Assembly (NCBI GenBank): GCA_000004695.1
Contig: CM000151.3
Location: 5,664,001 to 5,728,000, forward strand
DNA: 64,000 bases
Source of the DNA: Dictyostelium discoideum
Lineage: Eukaryota
Direction: 5' to 3'
Shown here piece by piece: positions 42,747 through 56,645 of the stretch; within the stretch, counting starts at the first letter, position 1; every line of letters begins with the position of its first letter. Under the pieces are notes generated by a model that did no database searches, was not told the DNA's origin, and saw only the letters and a list, made by a program, of their open reading frames with translations. Made by a program: the position numbers and the translations under genes.

Positions 42747-43178
42747 TTTTGAAATTTTTATGATAATTTGGATAATATTGTTTTGTATTGATTGTCGTCA
42801 GGTCAATTAAATTAAATGTGAAATTAAAAGAATAATAAATTATTTTTTCCTTACATAAATAAGTTATATTATCTTTAATTTTTTTTAAATATTTTTTTTT
42901 TTTATTTTTTTTTCTTTTCCTGATATTATATCTATTGCTGTTAACAATGATTAAAAAAAAAAAAATAGGAAAACCACTTAAGATATTGTTTTATTTTTTC
43001 TTTTTCCTATTTTTTTTATTATATTTTTTTTTATTATTATTTTTTTTTTTTATTATTTTTTTTTTTTTTATTATTTTTTTTCAGTTTAAAAAAAGAGGAT
43101 CAACTTTTTTGTGAAAATAATAATTTTTATCACAATTGAATGATTGAAAAAAGCTAAAAATAATACTTTATGAGAGAT

Positions 43179-43226
<48 letters not shown>

Positions 43227-44081
43227 TTTTGATATTGGAAAAAAAAAAAAAAAAAGTGATTTTGATTTTATACACAATAATTTACATAAAATAAAACTAA
43301 AATCAATAATAAAAATCAATAATTCAACACCTGTCGACAAATAATATTGAAAATCACAAAACATATAATTTTTTGTTATACCCCATTATAATTTGATGGG
43401 GTAATCTTAAAAAAAAAGAAAAAACTTTTTACTATGACTTTTTTTTTCTTTATGGAAATATGGGTATACAAAAATTCTTTTTTTAAACCTCACCTCTTAT
43501 GATCAGCATGGGGTTAAATTTTTTAAAAATTGAATGGTTGGTGATTCGATGAATCCTCCTAATTTGAAAAAAAAAAAAAATAAAAAAAATGAAAAAAAAA
43601 AAAAATAAAAAAAAAGCGGATGGGAAATATTCGAGATCTAGACCTCAAATATTCTTACCGTTTTTAAATTAAAATCACACCACAATAAAAAATTTTTAAA
43701 TTTTATTATAATAATTTAAAATATGAAAAAAAAAAAAAAAAAAAAAAAAATTTAAATTAAATTAAATTAAATTAAAACTTACTGTTTTTGAAAAATGTTT
43801 AAGAAATTTGTTTTTAGGGGTGGGAAATTTATTGAAAAAAAAAAAAAAAAGAAAAAAAAAATTGATTGTTATAGTAATATACAAAATTGGAAATTAATGT
43901 CGAATCTGTGATGATTATAAAATGTGCAAATAGGATTTGAATTGAATCAAATCCTTTATATTAATATTTTTAAAAAATTTTAAAAATTATATGTGAATAA
44001 AAAAAAAAAAAATAATATATGAATAAAAAAAAAAAAAATAAAAAAAAAAAAAAAGTGAGAAAAATAAATAAATCGATCTGG

Positions 44082-44124
<43 letters not shown>

Positions 44125-44886
44125 TATTTATTTATTAATTGATTGTGTGTGTGTGTGTGTGTGTGCTATAATTTCGAATTATGTGAGTGTGTGGGATTTG
44201 GAAAAAATATAAAAAAAATAAAAAAAAACCTTTACTATTAAAGAAAAAGTCCTTAATTATTTATTTTATTTTTTTTTTTTTTTTTTTTTAAAAAAAATAG
44301 TTATTTGTTTGAAAACTAATTAGTTATTAAAAATAACAATATAATAAAAAAATCCTTTTTTTTTTTTTCTTTTTCATTTTTTTTTTTTTTTTTTTTAATT
44401 TTTTTTTAAATTTAAATTTTTATTTAATTTTAAAATAATTTTTTAATAATAGGTGGATATTTTAGACTAAATCTTGTGTTTTTTTTAATATGAGCACGTG
44501 AGTATCGGGCTTAATGCATTGTTATGTCGGATGATTTAGAGAACAGAATGATTTTAAAAAATTATTTTTTTAATTAAAATGGAATTTATCAATGCCTTTT
44601 GGGTAGCTAGTATTGGGAAGTGGGCTACTTGACTAACCGCAATAATTTTATTTTTATTTTTATTTTTTTTTTTATATTGCTGATTGGAAAAAAAAAAAAG
44701 TGAAGTTATTTTTTTTTTCTATTTAATATTGATTTTTTTTTTTTTTTTTTTTTTTTAAAAAAGCTTGATTGCAAGAATCTATTAAATGAATCCTAAAATG
44801 GATTACTATTAAAAGAAGCACTCCAAGCCCAATATTGGAAAAAACTTCCACAGACTGAAAAAATCTCATTTATCCTCTTCCATAAT

Positions 44887-44929
<43 letters not shown>

Positions 44930-45024
44930 GTGTTGATAAAGTTTTTGTTTTTTTTTTATTATTATTATTATATTAATATTATTATCATTATTATTATTAT
45001 TATTCTTAAGATAAATTTATATTG

Positions 45025-45058
<34 letters not shown>

Positions 45059-45700
45059 ATTAAATACTAAATAAAAAAAAGTAAATAAAAACCTTCGATT
45101 ATAAATCTTTAAATTTTTTTTTTGTTAATTTTCTAACTTGGTGATTTGAGAGAGTTTTTATAAAAAATTTCTATATAAATAAATTTTTAAAAAAAATAAA
45201 AATTAAAATAAAAAAAATAATAACATTGTGGTTTAAAACATCTAAATTATTTTATTTCTTTACTTTAAATATCATTTTTTTTTTTCCACATTCTAAATCC
45301 TACTTTCTAAAATATTTTTCCCGTTCCTAAATAAAAAAAAAAAAAAAATTATTCAAATATTGGTATTTTTGTATGTGTTTTTGGTTTTTTCTGAAAATAA
45401 TAGTTAAATAAAATCTTTTTTTTTATTTTTTTATTTTTTATTTTTTTTTTTTTTTAATTATTAAAAAAAAAAAAAAAGCCCGATAATTTTTTTTCAAATA
45501 ATCTAAAAACAAGTGCGGGTTCACTCTTTAAAAAATGGAATCAGTTTTTAAATATTTAATTATTATTTTATTTTATTTTATTTTATTTTATTTTTTATTT
45601 TTTATTTTTTATTTTTTTTTTATTTTTTTTTCATTAGAACAGAGAAAAGGAAATGTGAATACTGGTACATATGATTTTTTTTTTTTTTTTTTCCAACAAA

Positions 45701-46089
45701 CTATTTAGTTTTTGAGTTGGAAAATTGGACTTGAGATTCTAATAATTGAGATGAAGAATATTGACCAATTTCAATACCCTTTGGTTTTAATTCAACACTT
45801 AAATCTTGTAACCAACTTTCCTTATCTTTTTTGGAAGGTAATGAAATAGTATAAATTAAAACATCAATTGATTCAAGAGAACCAACAATAATACGTATCA
45901 TTGAATCTGTTAATAATAAAAAAATTAAAAAAAAAATAATTGTTAATAATTAAAATAAAAAAAAAAAAAAAAAATAGAAAAGTTAGCATAAACTTCATCG
46001 TTATTATTTTATGAAAATAAATTTCCAAAAAATTAAGAAATCTTTGGGTGTTTTTTTTTTGATAAAAATAACTTTTTTTTTTTTCTTTT

Positions 46090-46121
<32 letters not shown>

Positions 46122-46300
46122 TTTTGCAAAAATTACATCGGTGATTATTTACAAACTACCCATAAATATTTAAAGTCGGCAAACGTGCAACGATAATGTA
46201 ATACACGAAAAAAACCCCATTATTATCAATATATTATTATTATTATTATTATTATTTTTGTTGTTGTTTGTTGTTTCTATTATTATCATTAAAATATTTT

Positions 46301-46341
<41 letters not shown>

Positions 46342-47933
46342 TTTCCAGTAAAAAAAAAAAATAAAAAAAAAAAAAATAAAAAATTATCCAATCAAATTTT
46401 AACAGTAAAAAAAAAAAAAAAAGAAAAATAATAATAACCAATCACTTACCATTTGAACTAATATCTTTAATGTCTGCATTTTTCAAAGGAATTGTGTAAA
46501 CGTATTTATAATTTGAAAAAAGGCTAGATTTCTTTGTGACTAACACCATATCATTGAAAAAGAATAAATAAAAACCACCACTTTCACTTTTCTTATTTGC
46601 AGAGATATTACATTGTGACTCTCTAACAAAATATCTATGAGATTCAATTAATTCCTAAAAATAGTAACAAAAAAAAATAAAAAAAAATAAAAAAACAGGA
46701 GTTTTTTTTTTATTATTAATAAAGTATTAGTAAAATAAAAAAAATTATTATTTTAAAAAAAAAAAGAAAAAAAGGTGATATTATTATATTATTAAATTAA
46801 TTAAAAATTAATTAATTAAAATTTTTTTTTTGGTAATTTTTTTTTTTTTTTTTTTTTTATAAAAAAAAATAAAAATATCTAAATTTTCAAATAAAATGAA
46901 AATGGTCAAAAATAAAAAAAAAATAAAAAAAAACAAAAATATCTTTTTTTTAAAAAAAAAAAAAGTTTAAAGTAATATTACTTACTGGTGCATTTTTAAT
47001 TTCTTTTTGTAACTCTAATAATTTTGCTCTATTATCAACATTTCTCTTTCTATCATTAATATACTTATTAATATCTTTGATTGATTCATAAGCACTTTTA
47101 ATATTTTTAAATTCAACATGATCCTCTTGAGTGTGTTTTAAAATTTCCCTTAATAATAATTCATATCTTGGACAACGTTGAACTGGCATAATTAATAAAC
47201 TATTAATATCAGTTGCTACTCTTGATTTATTTCTTTGTTCTGAAAAGAATTTCTTTGATTGTGGATTCTCTGTCATTGCTTTTAATTGTGGTGCTACTTT
47301 ATCAAAATTATTTACATATTCCACATAAATTTTAAAAATTGGTGCCTTTTTTTTTTTTTTTTCAAAATAAATTAATAAAATAAAATAAAAAAAAAAAAAA
47401 AGAAATATTACTTACAAATTTAACAAAAATATCACCAATTTTAACAGGTGAAACTGATAATCTTTCTTCTAAAAGATGAGTAATCTCTGTACTAATTTGA
47501 AGGATACTTTTTAAATTTGAAAATACCTTATTAATTTCTTCACTTTTAAATAATTTTGTAACCCTCGCTTCAACTTCCATTGGAATAAAGTAAAACTTAA
47601 AAAAAAAAAAAAAATATAATATTAATAATTTTTAATTATAAAATTTAATAAATTAAAAATTTAAATTCCACTTACATCTCTTAAAATTAATAATGAATTT
47701 AAATATGATAATTCAGTAGAATATAACTCATTAACAGATTTAAATCTATTTCTCATATTTTCAGTTTCCGGATCATTTGATAAAAGTTTCATTTTAACTA
47801 AATCCTTAAACTTCTTTCTTGCTAACCATTTTCTACTTACTCTTTGAACACGAATAATATCACCAAATCTATAATTACCATCAACAATTTGATCCAATTC
47901 TTTTTGTGTATAAGTTTTAACAATTTTAACAGG

Positions 47934-47988
<55 letters not shown>

Positions 47989-50246
47989 GGTGGTTGTTCT
48001 TGTTGTGGTTGTGGTTGTTGAATAGTTGGTGATAATTTTGGTAAATGAGAAGAATTTCTTGATGGAATAACTGGTTTTTGTTGTGGTAAATTATCATTAA
48101 TATTTTGATCATCTTTATTTTTTAAAGCAATATTTGAAGCAGGTGAATTTTTATTATTAATATTTAAAGTTGATAACATATTACGCATTGGTTGTAATGA
48201 ATCGATTGTGGCTTGTTTAGATTGATTAATTTGTACTAATAGTTCACGTTGTTGACAATCGACCATTTCTTTTTGACGATTAATGTGATCTTGTTGTTCT
48301 TTTAATTTCTTTTCTTCTTGTTGACGAGCTTGTTCAATTTCAAGTTTCTTTCTTTTAGTTTCTTCATCAATTGATTGTTTATAGATTTGAATCTCTTTTT
48401 TCTCTCTCAAAGTTGTTTCTTCCAAAGCTTTACGCTGGTTCTCTAAATCCTCTTTACTCTTTAACGAAGTGGTTAAATCAGATTGTAATTTCGATTTCAA
48501 TGCATCCAATTCCTTATTTCTCTCAAGTAGCTCGAATTCACGTTTTTTCATCTCCTCGCATTTCTTTTCCTCCTCTACCTTTCTGCTACACTCATCTTGA
48601 TGAAGTTTGGATTGGAATGCTTGTTGCTGTGAGATGAGTTGCTGCTGCTTCTCGTCCAACTTCTCTTTGATCACACGTTGTTCCTCCAAGAGAGCCAAAC
48701 GTACTTGTTCTTCATGTTTTCTGCTTAGGTCTCTCTCTTTTTGAACCTCTATCAACTGTCTCTTCATCTCTTCTTGTTGCCATTGCAAAGCTGCTTGTTT
48801 AGCTTGTTCCATTTGTTTTAGATCTTCTTCACCCTTCTTTTTCGATGCATTCTGTTGTTGTACCAATTGATCTTTCATCTTTTGAATTTCGTCTCTTTGT
48901 TTCTCCAATTCATTCTTTAATCTATTTGATTCCTCTTCATGTTTAATTCTAATCTTTTCCATCTCTTCATTTCTAATTCTTTCTTGTTCTTTCTCATAAG
49001 CTGCTTGTTGTTCATAATAAACTCTCCATGATTCTTCATATTCTTTTCTTCTCTTTTCTTCTTCTTCTTGATATTTTTTATCATAAAGTACTTGATATTC
49101 TTGTTGTTGAGTTTGATTTGAATATGTATCAGTATTATTATTATATGATGAGTTATTATAAGTTGATTGATCATATCCCCATGAATTTCTATTATTATAA
49201 TTTGTATTTGTGGCTGATGATGGATTATTATAAGTTGTGTTTGTATTTGTTGGTGATGATGTTGTTGTTGTTGTTGATGGATTATTGTAAGTTGTATTTG
49301 TGGTTGATGATGATGGATTATTATATACTGATTGTGGTTGTTGTGGTTGTGGTTGTTGTTGATTATAATCCCAAGAATTAATAGTTGCAGATGGAGTATT
49401 TGATGGTGTACCTTTAATGAAATGATCCATATTTTTAAGTGATTGACTTTTTTCAAATTTAGATTGATTATCTGTTGTTGTTGTTGTTGTTGTTGAGGAT
49501 GATGATGATGTTGATGTTGGTGTAGTTGGTTGTTGATAATAAGAGTCATAGTTTGTGGCTGTATTATTTGTAACTTGTGAATAATCATATGATGAAGTTG
49601 GTGAATGTTGTTGTTGAGTTTGTGAATAATCATATGAATTTCTTTGAGCTGGTGGTTGATAATATGAATCATAGTTTGTAGATGTATTTGTGGTATTATT
49701 AGTTGCTGCTACTGTTGGTGTTGGTTGTTGTTGTTGTTGTTGTGAATAATATGAATTTGTTGAATAATCATATGATGATGGTGTTGGTGAATGTGTTTTA
49801 GAATTATCATAACCATAAGTATTAGCACTGGTTGTATTAGTTGTAGTATATTGATCATATTGACCACTATTTCTATTACCACTAGTATTACTATAATCAT
49901 AATTTTGGGTTGTGTTAGGTGTAGTTGTATTAGTTGTATTATATTGATCATATTGACCACTATTTCTATTACCACCAGTATTATAATCATATATTGAAGG
50001 TTGTTGTTGTTGTTGTTGTGTAGTAGAAGTAGTAGCATAAGTTGGATCTACATATGAACTTCCATAGTGTTGTTGTTGACTATCATTTGATTGTGCAGTA
50101 TGGTCATATACTGGATATTGTGGTTGTGGGTGTTGTTGTTGTTGATTATCATAGTATGATGCATAATCAAATGTCGGCTGTTGTTGTTGTTGTTGCTGCT
50201 GCTGCTGTTGTTGCTGCTGTTGTTGGTAATAATATTCATAGGACAT
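45701..50246 (-). CDS. Dbl-homology (DH) plus PH domain Rho/Rac guanine-nucleotide exchange factor. It has a long low-complexity N-terminus, a coiled-coil and an IQ-like motif. Five exons (minus strand): 50246..47676, 47595..47416, 47345..46985, 46654..46450, 45907..45701.
   Basis: The DH domain spans exons 1 to 3: ...RFKSVNELYSTELSYLNSLLILRD|FYFIPMEVEARVTKLFKSEEINKVFSNLKSILQISTEITHLLEERL...IGDIFVKF|APIFKIYVEYVNNFDKVAPQLKAMTENPQSKKFFSEQ...LLIMPVQRCPRYELLLREILKHT.... The PH domain is in exons 4 and 5: ELIESHRYFVRESQCNISANKKSESGGFYLFFFNDMVLVTKK.... An IQ-like IIRVQRVSRKWLARKKF precedes the DH domain. The donors are all GTAAGT, the acceptors are tttAAG, aaaAG, tttAG and aacAG, and the phases are consistent. 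Confidence 0.85.
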
Positions 50247-50558
50247 TTTTTTTTTTTTTTTATTTTATTTTATTATCTATTTTATTTATTATAATGTTAA
50301 TATTATCTAAAATTTTAAAAATTATGGTGGTAATTCTTATTTATTTATTTATTTGTTTATTTATTTATTTTTATTTATTTATTTTTTTTTTTTATTAATT
50401 TTTTTTTTTGGAGTGCGTGGGGAAAAGCAATTTACTTTTTTTTTTTTTACTCTATAATTGAATAATTTGTGGATTAATTTATGTCAAAAAAAAAAAAAAA
50501 AAAAATATAAAAAATAAAAAAATAAAAAAATTAATTTATCTTTGTTAAGTGCACTTTG

Positions 50559-50598
<40 letters not shown>

Positions 50599-51584
50599 AA
50601 AAAAAAACAATTTTGTAACCATTTAACATTTTTATCCATGTGCAAATTTCAGACCCAATCGTAAAAAATAAGGTTGTTGGTAAAAATCATTTTTCTTTTT
50701 TGACTTTCTCCCCGCATCAAAAGTGAACCCAATACAATTTCAAAAAATTAATAATAAAGAAAATAAAAAAAAAAAAAAAAGTTTTAACAATGATTGGGAA
50801 TCAAAACATAAATTTAAACTCAAATATTTTTTTTTAAATAAAAAAAAAAAAAAAAACAATTAACAATTAACAAAAATGGCAAGCCGCAGTTGATTTTTCC
50901 GAAAAAAAAAGAAAAAAAAGAAAAAAAAAAAAAAAAGAAAAAAAAAAAAAAAAAAAAATTAATCAAAGTCAAAAAACAAGTTTCACTCCGCAACCCTAAA
51001 ACCAGTGTTAATTAAATATCCAAAATGTGTTTTAACTAACAAAAAAAAAAAAAAGAAAAAAAAAAAAATTAAATCAACTTTATTATTTTTTTTTTAATTT
51101 TTTTTTTAAATTATTAATGAAAATTGACTCTTTCAGAGATGCCAGCATTTTATTATTTTCACATTTTAGATTATAAAAAAAAATGAAACATTTTTTTTTT
51201 TTAACCATTTTCCCATTTTCCACCAAGCCTACATTTTATTTTATTACATTCTGGTACCTTAATGAACCAAATAATCAAATAATCAATATCAAATTCTGAT
51301 ATCAAGATTTTTTTTTTTTTTTATTCTTTTAGTTTTTATAAAAAAAAAAATATCATAATATCATAATATCATAAATCAATTTTAATTTTTGAAATAAAAT
51401 ATTAGTTAAATTGAAGAATTGAATTAAACAAAAAATAAAAAATAAAAAATAAAAAATAAATTATTTATTAGTTTTGTCAATCTAAAAATTAAATTAATAT
51501 GATGTATTTTGGTTTAATCTAGATAAATTATTTTATTAATTACAAATTGATAATCACATATCTGTACATATTTTAGAAAAAAAT

Positions 51585-51742
51585 AGTAGTTTAAACTACT
51601 TTTTTTTTTTTTTTTTCTTTAACAACCACTAATTTTTATTTAATTTAAAAAATATCTATAAAAAAAAGACCAAATAAATTAAAAGATATATAACCTAATA
51701 CCTTTCAAATTTTTTTGATGAATCGAAATAAGATTTAGGTCC

Positions 51743-51773
<31 letters not shown>

Positions 51774-51813
51774 AAAAAAGAAAAATTTAAAAAAAAAAGT
51801 AGTTTAAACTACT
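51585..51813. repeat. Two copies of a 16-bp perfect palindrome, AGTAGTTTAAACTACT, 213 bp apart (51585..51600 and 51798..51813), each preceded by an A-run.
   Basis: The two matches are exact. The motif is its own reverse complement. It lies in the upstream region of the RhoGEF gene. Confidence 0.9.
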
Positions 51814-52537
51814 ATAAATATGGATTGTTTTTTTTTTTTTAATCAAAATTATAAACTTTTAACTTTTAAAAATGACCCTTATTTGTAGGTATTATTAATT
51901 ATAAAAATAATATATTTAGAAATAATTACTCTAATACAAATTTCTTTAAATAAAAAAACCAAAAAAAAAAAAAAAGCATCAATTACTCAATTAGGAAAGA
52001 ATTCAAATCCAATTAAAGCAATCAATTCAAATTTAAATTCCATTCAACCAAATAACCAATTAATATTATATGGTAGTGACTTGGCCCAATACTTGATTGA
52101 TTTAAATATTTCAATTAATATCTTTGGTATATTAAAACTTAATATTCATATTAAAATTTAAAAAAAAAATACAATTAAAGATTAATCTTTCAAATTTTTA
52201 ATTTTAATATTTCTAATAAAATTTATGTATTTTTAACTATTTACTATAAATATCCAAAAAGTATTTTTTTATTTTTTTTATTTGATACATTATAAATAAT
52301 AAAATTATATAATATATATAATAATATAATTATGTATATATATATATATTTAAAATTGATTTGTTTCATCACCTTCATCTTCCATTCTAATAATTGGATC
52401 ATTTTTTGGATTATAAACTTGATTTGAATTTATAGATTTAATTGACCTATATAGGAAAGATAAAAAAAAAAAAAAAAGAAAATTAATATTTTTTTTTTTT
52501 TTATTTAATTAATTTAAAAAAACTATTATTAATTCAC

Positions 52538-53166
52538 TTACTTTTTTAAAATTAATAATAATAATAAACAAACTAAACAAATTATCATAGCAAATAAGAA
52601 AGAATAATTTGCATTAACTTCAGTAAACATGAGTGCTGCCCAAATTGGACCTAACAATCTACCTAAATTTGAAGCCAATTGAAAAAAAGTTGAAATGAAT
52701 GGTTTCTGTTGTTGAAGATTTGAAAATATTTCAAAATACAATGTGATTGAAGATGTTACAGCAATTGGGAACCCAATTGCAACAAAAGTAACACCTAATA
52801 AGAATCTAAATAATGGTGGATCGATTGTACTTGTTGTAAATTTATAATTTGGGAATTGCCAAACCACCATGAAACCATAGCCAACAGTCATTAAAACCAA
52901 TGATGAAAATAATAGTAAGGTTTGATTTTGTATCTTTTTTGATAGAACCAATACGATTGCACATGAAACACCCAATCCAATGAAAAATAAAGCTATCTTT
53001 GTTAAATTCCAATCATAATCACTCACTCCACCAACATCAATCATATAAGGTATCATCAATGTCTCCAATACCATTCCTGCATTAAATATTAAATAATGTG
53101 TAAATCCATATAAAACTATCGCTATATTTGCTGGTATAATACAACTTCTTTTTGAAACTCTAAATG

Positions 53167-53197
<31 letters not shown>

Positions 53198-54031
53198 TCC
53201 AAAATATCCATGATTATTAATTTGATTATTATTATTATTATCATCTAAATTATTTAAATTTGATTTATAATGTTTTGAAATTGAATTATCAATGATTTTA
53301 CCAATTATTGTTATTATTATACAAGAGAATGTTAAGAAAGCAGAGAACCATACTAATACCTTTAGAGAATTTGTAGTTTGAATATATGGTGTATTTGATA
53401 AATCAATTGAAGATATTGATGCAATTATTGCTGGACCAACTATATAGGCTAATGAGGTGAAGAATGATACATTTGAAATTCTAGTTTTCAATAGAATTGG
53501 ATCGGCCGCTTCTGTTAATAAACTTTGTAATACAACTTGACTACCCGTACCAAATCCAACCAATGTTCTAGATACTAATACAACCGATTGACTTGGATAA
53601 GATGCATACAATATATCACCAATCAATGTTATACCTAATGATGTAAATAACAATAACCAATAACTTTGAGTTTTCTCTATATAATATGAAAAAAACTTTC
53701 TACCAATTGATGATCCTGTATGAAATCCACTAATTGCTGCTGCTAAAAAAAATATAGATATATTATTCTATAATAAATTATAAATTATTAGTATATATAT
53801 TGTTTTTATCTTTATTTATTTAATATTATTAATAAATATAAATAATAAATACATTATGTAAATAAGGCCAAATTGATACAGATATTATTGATAAACTTAT
53901 ATTTGAAAGTAATATTATTATTAAACCTATCCAATATTTCCGTGGTGTTGTCTTTCCTACTATTTGATAATTTCTTTGACTATCACTAAAGTGAAGAGTA
54001 ATAGTCAGTAAAAGAGTTGTTGGTGAAGAAA

Positions 54032-54063
<32 letters not shown>

Positions 54064-54112
54064 AAAAAAGATTTGCTTACTCTAAAAGATTCTCATTTTC
54101 AAATGTTTCCAT
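52538..54112 (-). CDS. Major facilitator superfamily (MFS) transporter. Three exons (minus strand): 54112..54081, 53985..53854, 53767..52538.
   Basis: It is a 12-TM-like hydrophobic protein. Exon 1 is METFENENLL(D). Exon 2 is DSQRNYQIVGKTTPRKYWIGLIIILLSNISLSIISVSIWPYLHN. Exon 3 is NNISIFFLAAAISGFHTGSSIGRKFF... (MFS motif-A-like G..S.GRK) ...VSRTLVGFGTGSQVV.... The donors are GA|GTAAGC and AAT|GTATTT, and the acceptors are cactttAG and ttatAG. The exon 2/3 acceptor is my choice between two candidate AGs, based on frame. Confidence 0.65.
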
Positions 54113-55222
54113 CTCTTAATTGATTTTTTAAAAATTGAAGATAGAAAAAAAAAAAAAAAAATATATATACTATACTTTTTTTGAATTTGTTTTTTTTTTT
54201 TTTTTTTTATGTTTTTTTAAGGGTGTGGTTAAATAAAAAAAAAAGGAGAAATTAATTTCTTTTTTTTTGAATTTTTTTTTATTTTTTTTGAATTTTTTTT
54301 TTCAGTGCCTGATTTATTTTTATATTATTTATTTATTTATTTATTCTTTTTTTTTTTTTTTTTTTTGGTTATCTTTAGATTATCAGAAATTTTTTTTGTA
54401 TCATAGGAATATTTAATTTTATTATTAGATTTATAATTTTTCATTTTCTCAATTTTTGTTTTTTTTTTTTTTTTTTACTATCCCAAAATAATAATAATGA
54501 AATATTTTTTTTTTTCCCTGATTTTGATTAAAAAAAAAAATAATAATAATAAATAATTAAATAAATAAATAAATAAATAAATATTTTTATAATAAAAATT
54601 TAAATCTCTTATTTTTTTATGAATTTTAATAATTAAATAAATTTCTTTCAAATTATTTTTTTTAATAATACCCAATATGATAATAAATGATGACGGCAAA
54701 TAAATAATAAATTAAATTTTTTTTTATTTTTTCTTTTTTTTTACAATTATTGTAAAATAAATTTTTATTATTTTTAATTTTATTTTTATTTTTTTTTCAT
54801 TTTTTTTTTTTTTTTTAACCACACCTTTTGTGTGTAAATTCGTATAAACCTTAAAAAAGAATAAAAAAAAAATAAAAAAAAAAGTTATTATTATGAAAAC
54901 GGTGTGATTTGACCCCTATAATCTCACAAAAAAACAAGATTTGCTGTTTTTTTTTTTTATAATAAAAATTTTTTTGACAAAAAAATAAAAAAAAAAAAAA
55001 AAAAAAATAAAAATTAAAAAAAAAAAAAAATGTATAAATTAGTGAAAAATAAAAATAAAACAATTTTGAATAAATTTTTTTTTTTTTAAAAAAATAAATA
55101 AATTAATAAAATAAAATAAATAAAAATAGTTATAGTAATAAATAATTAAAATAAAAAAAATAAATAAATAAATAAAAAATTAAAAAAATTAAAAAAATAA
55201 AAAAAAAAAACATTAAAAAAAA

Positions 55223-56429
55223 ATGATTAGAAATTTTTTTTCAAAAAATAATATTATAACTTCAATATCTTCCCATACAAATTCACCAATTCAAACAGAA
55301 AAAATTATTTTTAATAAAACTATAATATTTAATAATAATAATAATAATAATAATGATAATAATAATAATAGTAGAACATTTTTTACAAATCCACAATTTC
55401 AAAATAAAAAGTATGAAATATTTCAATCACTATCAAAACCACATTCTTTAAAGGATACATATAAGATATTAAGTGAAATTTCATTAGGATCACATAATAA
55501 GGCAGCAAATATTAGGATATCATTTTTTAATCAAGAAAAAGAGAAATGTGACATTAGAGGTGTAAAATTATTTAGTGATAGTATCAATAGTTATTTTAGT
55601 GTTAATGATAATAGTAGTATCTGTAGTGAAGGTTGGTTAGTTATAATTGGTGGTAGAGGACCATCTCAATGGAATAACATATCATTATCATTATATTTAG
55701 CAACCATTCTATCACAAAAACCATTAACAAATTTTGATGTCATTATATTTCCTGTTGAAAATCCAATTCCAATTCCAAATGATACTCATAATAATAATCA
55801 AAAACGACAACCATTAATGATGTTGGAAAATACAATTTCACAACATCAATCTTTAAACAATTCAAATTTCTCTTCAATAAATCAACCACAACCATTATTT
55901 GGTAAGTATAAATTATTTATAAATAATAATAATATTAAGAAAAATAAAGTTTACTAATAAAGTGGTATTACTATTACTATTATTAATATTTTTATTAGAT
56001 AATTATACAAAAAGTAATAATAAAAGCAATGCATTAAATGATTGGTTAATGAAATCTAAAAAAGAATTTACACAATTAAAAATTGATTCTATAGAAAATA
56101 AAATTTCACTAACTACAAATAAAATATTACCACAACATGGAGGACTATTTGATATTTATGAAACAAATCCTAATAATCAATCAATAAAATTTTTTAATGA
56201 AAATAATGATAATAATAATATAAATATTAATAATAGCATATTTAATGGAAATCAATTTTTAAATAATGTAGATTGTCCACCAAATTTTATACTGAATTTG
56301 AAGGATTTAAATTTTCATCATTCTTTTAATATTGATCAATTACATTCATTTGGTTTAAATATTTCAAAACAAATTAAAAATATTGATGACACTTTTGATA
56401 AAAAAAGATTTTCACCAATTCAATTTTAA
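55223..56429 (+). CDS. Hypothetical protein. Exons 55223..55901 and 55999..56429.
   Basis: The donor is TTT G|GTAAGT at 55902 and the acceptor is tttattAG at 55998. The phase-1 junction gives Asp and joins track ORFs 55223.. and 55962... It contains ...ICSEGWLVIIGGRGPSQWNNISLSLYLATIL.... I found no homologue I can name. Confidence 0.5.
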
Positions 56430-56525
56430 AAGTTTTTAATAAAATAAAAAAAAAATAAAAAATAAATAATAATGATAGAAAAAAATTATTTTTTTTTAAA
56501 ATAAATTAATAAATAAACAAATAAA

Positions 56526-56560
<35 letters not shown>

Positions 56561-56645
56561 TGTTAATTATTTACAAATTATTTTATTTTATTTTTTACAA
56601 TGTATTTTTAAATTTTTAAATTTTTATATTTTTTTTTTGTTTTTT

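Noticed and set aside
43550-43575. tRNA-like T-loop motif GGTGATTCGATGAATCC. A similar motif, AGGTTCGATTACTG, is at 62712.
   Set aside because: I could not draw a cloverleaf. The acceptor and T stems do not pair. No tRNA gene is supportable anywhere in the window by eye.
44480-44560. Possible C/D box snoRNA (ggatgatt... cagaatgatt).
   Set aside because: There is no exact C box (UGAUGA) or D box (CUGA) in the proper arrangement with a terminal stem. I kept it only as part of the generic ncRNA-candidate island finding.
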